A DNA stretch of 10,056 nt from Candidatus Eiseniibacteriota bacterium. Its GTDB lineage: Bacteria; Eisenbacteria; RBG-16-71-46; SZUA-252. The notes under the pieces are model-generated. The model had not been told where the DNA came from. It saw nothing but the letters and a program-made list of their open reading frames with translations, and did no database searches. How positions within the stretch are numbered: the stretch's first letter is position 1; every line of letters starts with the position of its first letter. This document shows, one piece after another, positions 1-5,504 of the stretch. Location of the stretch: assembly GCA_031370645.1 (NCBI GenBank), contig JANMQV010000150.1, positions 1-10,056 on the forward strand, in the 5' to 3' direction. The position numbers were made by a program, and so were the translations under genes.

Positions 1-220
1 CGGGGTCGCTTCCGAATTTGAAGATCACGCCCGCGTTCGGCTTCAGGTTCTTCACGTTTGCCGCGAGCACGCTGGTGACCTCCGCCTCGGATAGCGCGGG
101 GGTCTTAAGATATTCGACCACGGGATAAAGGACGCTGCCGAGCCAACCGACCGCGCCGATTCCAAGCAGGGTGTCGAGAAACGAACGGCGGTTCATTCCC
201 TTCTTGGGTGCGGACTCCAT
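1..220 (-). CDS. Rieske 2Fe-2S protein of a cytochrome bc/b6f-type complex (PetC/QcrA-like), N-terminal 73 aa, truncated by the window edge
   Basis: Manual translation from ATG at 220: MESAPKKGMNRRSFLDTLLGIGAVGWLGSVLYPVVEYLKTPALSEAEVTSVLAANVKNLKPNAGVIFKFGSDP. It has a twin-arginine motif (NRRSFL), a hydrophobic anchor ending in YPVVEYLKTP, and LKPNAGVIFKFG-x-x-P, typical of the start of Rieske soluble domains. GGGAG SD lies 6 nt upstream. The Cys/His cluster motifs are outside the window. Confidence 0.82.
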   Translation of the reverse strand, partial: MESAPKKGMNRRSFLDTLLGIGAVGWLGSVLYPVVEYLKTPALSEAEVTSVLAANVKNLKPNAGVIFKFGSDP

Positions 221-357
221 GCGGTGCTCCCGAGGGTGATCGCTCGCACGGACCTCCGCCCTCAGGGGCCGGTCCGACATGCGTTCCGATACGAAGTCTG
301 CCCGAGGAGCGCGGGAGACGGAAGGTATGCTTTGGGCGTAGCTTAGGCGGGACGCTC

Positions 358-396
358 AAATCAAAGGGGCCACCCGGTTTGGAGTCGGGCGACCCC
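358..396 (-). terminator. Probable intrinsic terminator downstream of the LuxR-family gene
   Basis: Minus-strand RNA reads GGGGUCGCCCG-ACUCCAAAC-CGGGUGGCCCC-UUUGAUUU. This is an 11-bp stem with two G-U pairs that form only on the minus strand, followed by an interrupted U-tract, 17 nt after the stop at 414. Confidence 0.7.
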
Positions 397-413
397 GCGA
401 AACCTCGGAAGAA

Positions 414-1358
414 TTATCGGCGCCTAGCGCCTTGTGGCTGTAAGACGAGCGGGTTTCGAGCGACGAACAGACCGACCTGAAGCCGGTCTTGGAGACCCAA
501 CTTGTCGAGGATGTGGCCGACATGTTTCTTCACCGTCGGCTCGCTGATGCCGAGGGCCTGCGCGATTTCTTTGTTCGAACGCCCGATGGAGATCAATTCC
601 GCGACGTCGAGCTCGCGCGAGGATAGCGCGTGCGAATGCGCCTCCTGGTGCGGCGAAAGTGCGTGTCGCATGATCGCGCTCGCCGTGCCCGCCTCATACC
701 AGGCGTTCCCCGAGGAGACCGTACGGATGGCGTGAAAGAAGACTTCTGGCTCGGCGCTTCGGCGAATGGTTCCCGAGGCTCCCTCGGCGACGGCGATCTG
801 AAGGCAGTCGGTTCCCTGGGAGCAGAGCGGCTGTATCGGGGCCCCGCCGGCGAGTGCGATGTCGCGGCCTGGCCTCGGAGGGTTGAGAACGATGCACTCG
901 CCTTCTCCCCGTTCGGCCATGGCGAGAATCGGCGTCAAAGGGGACGCGGCGTGGATATCCACGATCGGGGTGCGGCCCGCACCCGTTCCGATCCGAAGCG
1001 CGATGAGCAAGATCGCCGGCTTCAGGGTGGCGCACAGTTCGGCCGCACGCTCCGAAGTCTCCGCCTCCCCCACCACGTCGAAGTCGGGCTGGGTCGCCAG
1101 AAGTGACACGAGCGAACGGCGATCGAGAGGGAGCTTGTCGGCAACGACGATTCGGATGACAGCCGGCGACACGATGCCGGCCCGACCAGGCGCGGCCTTG
1201 GCGGCGATCTTCTTCTTCGGTGCGACTTTCCGCGGAGCGGCCTTTCGGCCACGCGACGTTTTGGCGGGAGAAGTTTTCTTGGCGGAGCGAGCGGTCGGCT
1301 TCCGCGCGGTCGACTTTCGACCCGCCTTGCTCGACGGCTTCTTGGTGGTACGAGCCAC
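414..1358 (-). CDS. Atypical NarL/FixJ (LuxR-HTH) family transcriptional regulator with pseudo-receiver domain and basic N-terminal extension
   Basis: C-terminal LuxR HTH (LSSRELDVAELISIGRSNKEIAQALGISEPTVKKHVGHILDKLGLQDR). Receiver-like segments IRIVVAD, FDVVGEA, GASG and AIRTVSSG. GTG start at 1358 with GAGGT SD 5 nt upstream. Confidence 0.92.
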   Translation of the reverse strand: MARTTKKPSSKAGRKSTARKPTARSAKKTSPAKTSRGRKAAPRKVAPKKKIAAKAAPGRAGIVSPAVIRIVVADKLPLDRRSLVSLLATQPDFDVVGEAETSERAAELCATLKPAILLIALRIGTGAGRTPIVDIHAASPLTPILAMAERGEGECIVLNPPRPGRDIALAGGAPIQPLCSQGTDCLQIAVAEGASGTIRRSAEPEVFFHAIRTVSSGNAWYEAGTASAIMRHALSPHQEAHSHALSSRELDVAELISIGRSNKEIAQALGISEPTVKKHVGHILDKLGLQDRLQVGLFVARNPLVLQPQGARRR

Positions 1359-1431
1359 GTTAGACCTCGACGGGTTTGCGATGTGCGCGGAACGACTCCC
1401 CTGTCGTTCCGGGGCGCCTAGATTACCCCCT

Positions 1432-1461
1432 AGCGTACTCCCTGGGCCCGGGGGGCATCAA
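1432..1461 (-). promoter_or_regulatory. Possible sigma70-type promoter for the LuxR-family gene
   Basis: TTGATG (1461-1456), 18-nt spacer, TACGCT (1437-1432). An alternative -10 TAATCT lies at 1425-1420. Pattern match only. Confidence 0.3.
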
Positions 1462-2339
1462 GGGCGCTTCCCGCTCCTCTGGACGAGAGTCACACCGGCG
1501 AGAACCACCACTCCGCCGACCAACGCACTCCACCCAACCGTTTCGCCCAGAATCGGTACCGCCGCTGCGACCGTCACGAGAGGCTCGAGGTAGAGAAATG
1601 AGGCCACTCGCGAGGTTTCAATTCGCTCGAGCGCGCTGTACCAAAACCAGTAGGCGAGGCCCGAGCAGCCAAGGCCGAGGAACAGCATCGCACCCCAGCC
1701 GTTCGCCGAAACGTGCGCGAATTCCCGCCACCCGCTCCTACCGAGGAACACGAGGCCCAGGAGGAGCCATCCGGCGAGCATTGCGCCCGCAATCGCGCGG
1801 TGGCTTCCCAGGGTTCGGATCACCCCCTGCCCGAAGACCGTGTAGACCGCCCAATTGAGCGTACTGACAAGGATGAGGAAATCCCCGCGAGTCGATGGCA
1901 GGGCCAGGAGCCCCGCTTCGAATCGCCCTCGAGTCACGACGATCGCCGCGCCGAGGAATCCGAGCGCGAGGCCGGCGAGCTTTCCGGGACCGAACCGCTC
2001 CCGAAGAAAGATACCTGCCAAAAGGGCCGACCAGATCGGGGTGATTCCGATCAGCCACCCGGTTCGCACGGCCGTCGTCATCGTTAGGGCGTACGACTGG
2101 ATCAATTGATGAATGAAAATCCCGATGAACCCCATGAGCGCCAGCATGGGCCAGCTCGATCGAGGAGGAAGAAGCGGCATGCGCCGCACGGCGAGAATCA
2201 CGTGGAGGAGCACGACGCCGAGGGTGAAGCGCGTGAAGATGAGGGTGGTCGGCGAGACTTCACGGAGCGCGAGGCGCGTCGCGACGAAGGAGAGTCCCCA
2301 GAAGACGATCGCGAGGAAGGCTTGGAGGCGCGGGGCCAT
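1458..2339 (-). CDS. EamA/DMT family (drug/metabolite) transporter
   Basis: About 10 hydrophobic segments forming two EamA repeats, with motifs IVFWGLSFVATR, TTLIFTRF, LIGITPIWSALLAGIFLRERF and ASFLYLEPLVTVAAAVPILGE. Homology begins at ATG 2339 (MAPRLQAFL). The alternative start is GTG 2390, 1 nt after the upstream stop, so the start is uncertain. Confidence 0.92.
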   Translation of the reverse strand: MAPRLQAFLAIVFWGLSFVATRLALREVSPTTLIFTRFTLGVVLLHVILAVRRMPLLPPRSSWPMLALMGFIGIFIHQLIQSYALTMTTAVRTGWLIGITPIWSALLAGIFLRERFGPGKLAGLALGFLGAAIVVTRGRFEAGLLALPSTRGDFLILVSTLNWAVYTVFGQGVIRTLGSHRAIAGAMLAGWLLLGLVFLGRSGWREFAHVSANGWGAMLFLGLGCSGLAYWFWYSALERIETSRVASFLYLEPLVTVAAAVPILGETVGWSALVGGVVVLAGVTLVQRSGKRP

Positions 2340-2391
2340 CCCGCGCGAGAGTAGGCGAACCGCGCCTCCGCGCCAACCGGGAAGTCTCACC

Positions 2392-5166
2392 TCAGCGAAT
2401 GACGATGAACCTCCCGAGATCTCGGCCCAATTCGGTCTCCACCGAGAAGAGATAGACGCCGCTCACGATTCGCTGCCCGTTTCGCGAAATGAGATTCCAG
2501 GAGATCGACCCCGCGCCGCTCGCCACGGGGTCCTTCCCGTACTGGAGATCCTCGGGAGGAGAGCCGCGAAACGGAATCGTTCGCACGAGGTCGCCGGCCA
2601 GCGAGAAGATTCGGATCGTCCCTTTCGTGCGCGGCAGATTCATGAACGTCACCTTTGTCCCGGAAGGGTCCTCGGCGCGTGGAACGAGGTCCCACTCGGC
2701 GTCTGCCTTGTACGGATTGGGGACGACGTAGACGTGGCGTTGATTATCGGTCGCGTCGCCGCGCGGATAGACGACCTGGCTGTTTTGGGCGGTCGGATTC
2801 GAACTCAGGAGCACATCTTTGTCCGGCGTCGCGCCAGGGACGATCGAGAGCGGCACGATCGAATAGAAGTAGGGAAATCCGTTCAGCACGTTGGGATCGA
2901 CGAAGCTGTACCGGCCCACCGCGAAGAGACTGTCGGTCTCCTCGTAGGTGGAGTCGCGCATGACATCGCGTGTTTCCTTGTTCCACGCCACGTGTATTCG
3001 CTTCGTCAAGACGATCGGCGCACTCGGATCGACCAATTCACCGAGGACGCGGGCCGGTGTCCCGGCGGGATCGAGGCGCCACTCGCCGAGAAGCGACCAG
3101 AGATCGCGCCCCGGACTGTTCGACCCCAGCGGGCGCTTCCACCCGGCAGCCTTGTAGATTCGGTAGCCTACGAATTCTTTGAGATTCCCGCGCTGCCCGT
3201 CGCGAATCATCTCCGCGAAGTTGTTCCACTTCAGCGTGACGCGGCGATCTCCCGGAAAGAACCAGGCGGAGACGTTGGTCGAATCGCGGCCCGTCCGATA
3301 GTTGGCGAGGAAGTCTTCCGGCTCGGCGCTTCCATCCTTGCCTACATAGATGGGAGCCGGGAGCGGTGCGGTGGCAATCCAATGGACCAGCCGCTCCTTC
3401 CCCTCCTGGCCCGTCTCAGGATTGCAGTCGAAATCGACGTAAACGCAGGCGTTCCCCACCGGGAGCGACAACGTATCGGCGCTCGCGCAGTGGGTGCCCG
3501 GCGGGTCCCCCGGCATGGCGGGCGGGTCGTAGCAGAGAAAGCGCCCCTGTTGCTGAACGCAATCGAGTTCCGCGATCCATGGAGGGACGCCCTCGAACTC
3601 CGGATAGGTAATCGCCGACGGGATGGTCGTATGAAAACGGAGACGGCAAACGGACGATTCGGGGATCTGATAGACGAACGAGATGGCGGTCGGGGAGCGG
3701 AGGCAGGTTTCCTTTCCGCACTGGCCGGTGTAGGGATTGCCGTCGAGATCGGTGTAGACGCCGTCGAAGACCTGTTGGGTTGCGATGGCGTTTTCGATCA
3801 GAGTGCCGCCGGCGCCGATCGTGTTCCCTTCCCCGAGTCCAAGTCCCATGACCCAGGCGATCGAGATCGTGAGTGTCGACTCGGGCAGGAGCGAGGCGAA
3901 CGGGCCGGTGGCCATGAGAACGCGATAGTCGAGCGCGCGGGTCGAGCGGGGTTCCCTTCCGTAACCGCCCGCATCGAACGGGGAGCCCGGATCAAGCATC
4001 GGATCGGTCATCAATTGATAGCGCTGCTCGTCGGTCCGCGGGTCCCCTCCCGCGGCATACGAGGCCTCGCCCGAGAAGAATTTGAACGAGGTGATGCCGA
4101 CCCGGCTTGGAGCCGTGCGGCCGCTCGGATCGGTCGTGTGATTCAGGAACATGCAGCCGATGTATCCGGGAGCGTCGCCGTTTTTCCGCTCCTCGGTCTT
4201 CTCCGGGTCGTCCGGGTTGTCGTACATGTAAGCCATCTGGAGCGCGCGCTTGATGGGCGCCCCCGTCGGGCCCGCGTATTCAATGACGCGGTTCACCATG
4301 CCGACCTGGTCGTCCTGCCAGAACTCGTCGAACGTGTGGCTCCCGCAATCCATGTCCGCAAAGATCGCCACCATCACCTTCCGGAGCGTTCGCCCCGAAA
4401 TGTTGGTGATCTGGTAGTCCATCCCCACGAAGTCGTTCTGGCCGGGCGACGCCCACGCGTAGGAGGTCTGGCGCACGCGAAGACCGAGCGGCACGTGCTC
4501 GGGCTGCTGTTGGCGAACCTGCGCGATATCGTCGAAGTATTCGCAGGCAAACATCTGCTGGCCGATGGCGCCATAGTCCTCGTCGCAGAGCCCGTCCAGG
4601 TCGTCGTCGATGCCGTTCGGGAAGTCCTCGTCCACGAGCCCGTCGCCGTCGTCGTCGGGATCGACGCTGGCCGAGATGATTCGCTTGCCGTTCGGGATCC
4701 CCTCGTACGACTCCCGGATGTCGGCCACCTGTTCGAGCGGCACGGGAGCGCACGCGTGGTCCGGGGTGATCTCGGGGGAGAACTCGCGCGCGCGTCCAGA
4801 AGCCGTGGAGACGTGCGGAATTCCGCTCGGGTCGATGGCGCCGACCCAAAGCCCGGCCGAATAGAGGTACTCGAAGCCCGATCCGGCCGGCCACTCGGCC
4901 CCAGGGACCGTGCTGATCTCCCCGTAGTCGGGATTCCCGGTTTCGCCGAGATTTCCGACCATCAATTGCAGGCGACCGGCTGTGTGGACGAATTTTCCGT
5001 CCTGCCGAAGTGTGCGTTGCGGGAGTCGGGAATCGGGGTTCGGGGCGTCGGGTGGGCTGTAGGCGCTGGTCGAGAGCTGAAGCGCGACCGCCACAAGCAG
5101 GGTCGCGATTCGTCGTGTTCCGGTTTTGATGCCAGATAGGATGCGGATCGAAAAGATCGAGCCCAT
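2392..5166 (-). CDS. Large secreted protein of unknown function with FnIII-like region and T9SS type-A/FlgD-Ig-like C-terminal sorting domain
   Basis: Signal-peptide-like N-terminus (RRIATLLVAVALQLSTSAYS). The EWPAGSGFEYLYSAGLWVGA motif is typical of FCB-group large secreted proteins. Acidic DDDGDGLVDED repeats are present, and the FnIII-like region reads GDRRVTLKW..FVGYRIYK..YSFVD..NGFPYFYSI. The C-terminus reads VYVVPNPY..FMNLP..TIRIFSLAGDLVRTI..WNLISRNGQRIVSGVYLFSVE..GRFIVIR. GGAGG SD lies 10 nt upstream of the ATG. Confidence 0.85.
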   Translation of the reverse strand: MGSIFSIRILSGIKTGTRRIATLLVAVALQLSTSAYSPPDAPNPDSRLPQRTLRQDGKFVHTAGRLQLMVGNLGETGNPDYGEISTVPGAEWPAGSGFEYLYSAGLWVGAIDPSGIPHVSTASGRAREFSPEITPDHACAPVPLEQVADIRESYEGIPNGKRIISASVDPDDDGDGLVDEDFPNGIDDDLDGLCDEDYGAIGQQMFACEYFDDIAQVRQQQPEHVPLGLRVRQTSYAWASPGQNDFVGMDYQITNISGRTLRKVMVAIFADMDCGSHTFDEFWQDDQVGMVNRVIEYAGPTGAPIKRALQMAYMYDNPDDPEKTEERKNGDAPGYIGCMFLNHTTDPSGRTAPSRVGITSFKFFSGEASYAAGGDPRTDEQRYQLMTDPMLDPGSPFDAGGYGREPRSTRALDYRVLMATGPFASLLPESTLTISIAWVMGLGLGEGNTIGAGGTLIENAIATQQVFDGVYTDLDGNPYTGQCGKETCLRSPTAISFVYQIPESSVCRLRFHTTIPSAITYPEFEGVPPWIAELDCVQQQGRFLCYDPPAMPGDPPGTHCASADTLSLPVGNACVYVDFDCNPETGQEGKERLVHWIATAPLPAPIYVGKDGSAEPEDFLANYRTGRDSTNVSAWFFPGDRRVTLKWNNFAEMIRDGQRGNLKEFVGYRIYKAAGWKRPLGSNSPGRDLWSLLGEWRLDPAGTPARVLGELVDPSAPIVLTKRIHVAWNKETRDVMRDSTYEETDSLFAVGRYSFVDPNVLNGFPYFYSIVPLSIVPGATPDKDVLLSSNPTAQNSQVVYPRGDATDNQRHVYVVPNPYKADAEWDLVPRAEDPSGTKVTFMNLPRTKGTIRIFSLAGDLVRTIPFRGSPPEDLQYGKDPVASGAGSISWNLISRNGQRIVSGVYLFSVETELGRDLGRFIVIR

Positions 5167-5337
5167 CGGGGATGGTCCTCCGCTCGGTCATTCGGCGCCG
5201 GCAAGGCGCGACTAGGTCCGGGGACGGAGGGGGCTCGTGGGGGACGCGATGCGACGTGGCTTGGGTCGACGACTCTTGCGGAGGGGACCAGGGGGGGCGC
5301 ACGGAGGCAGACAAACTTCCCTGCCCCTGAGATAACA

Positions 5338-5365
5338 ACGATAGCGGAATCGGCCCGGCGCGCAA
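5338..5365 (-). promoter_or_regulatory. Candidate sigma70-type promoter for the 924-aa secreted protein gene
   Basis: TTGCGC (5365-5360), 16-nt spacer, TATCGT (5343-5338), with the -10 in a locally AT-rich patch. It would imply a leader of about 165 nt. Confidence 0.4.
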
Positions 5366-5443
5366 GGGGGCACCCCTCTCCGGAGGCAATATTCCCAACC
5401 AAAGGGAGCGCGGGGGGGGTCCCAACCGCGTGGGGCCGGCCGA

Positions 5444-5470
5444 GGAAACCAGATGTCGCCGCGGCGCGTA
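5444..5470 (+). promoter_or_regulatory. Candidate ECF sigma-factor promoter for the DUF5916 gene
   Basis: GGAAAC (5444-5449), 17-nt spacer, CGTA (5467-5470) matches the ECF AAC-N16/17-CGT consensus. It ends 34 nt upstream of ATG 5505. Confidence 0.5.
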
Positions 5471-5504
5471 CCAGGAAGGTCCCCGCCCCTTTCTCGGAGG
5501 TCCG

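Noticed and set aside
105-480. Short ORFs 105-359 (-) and 208-480 (+)
   Set aside because: They overlap the Rieske gene, and the second also overlaps the terminator and the regulator's 3' end. Neither has coding features.
2113-5139. 1008-aa plus-strand ORF antisense to the 924-aa secreted protein
   Set aside because: It is in exact codon register with the minus-strand gene. In high-GC3 genes TTA/CTA/TCA codons are rare, so the antisense frame stays open. The product is Arg/Val-rich with no recognisable motifs.
5430-5504. ORF-track N-terminal extension of the DUF5916 protein
   Set aside because: ATG 5505 has a GGAGG SD and starts a clean signal peptide, while the extension overlaps the ECF-like promoter.
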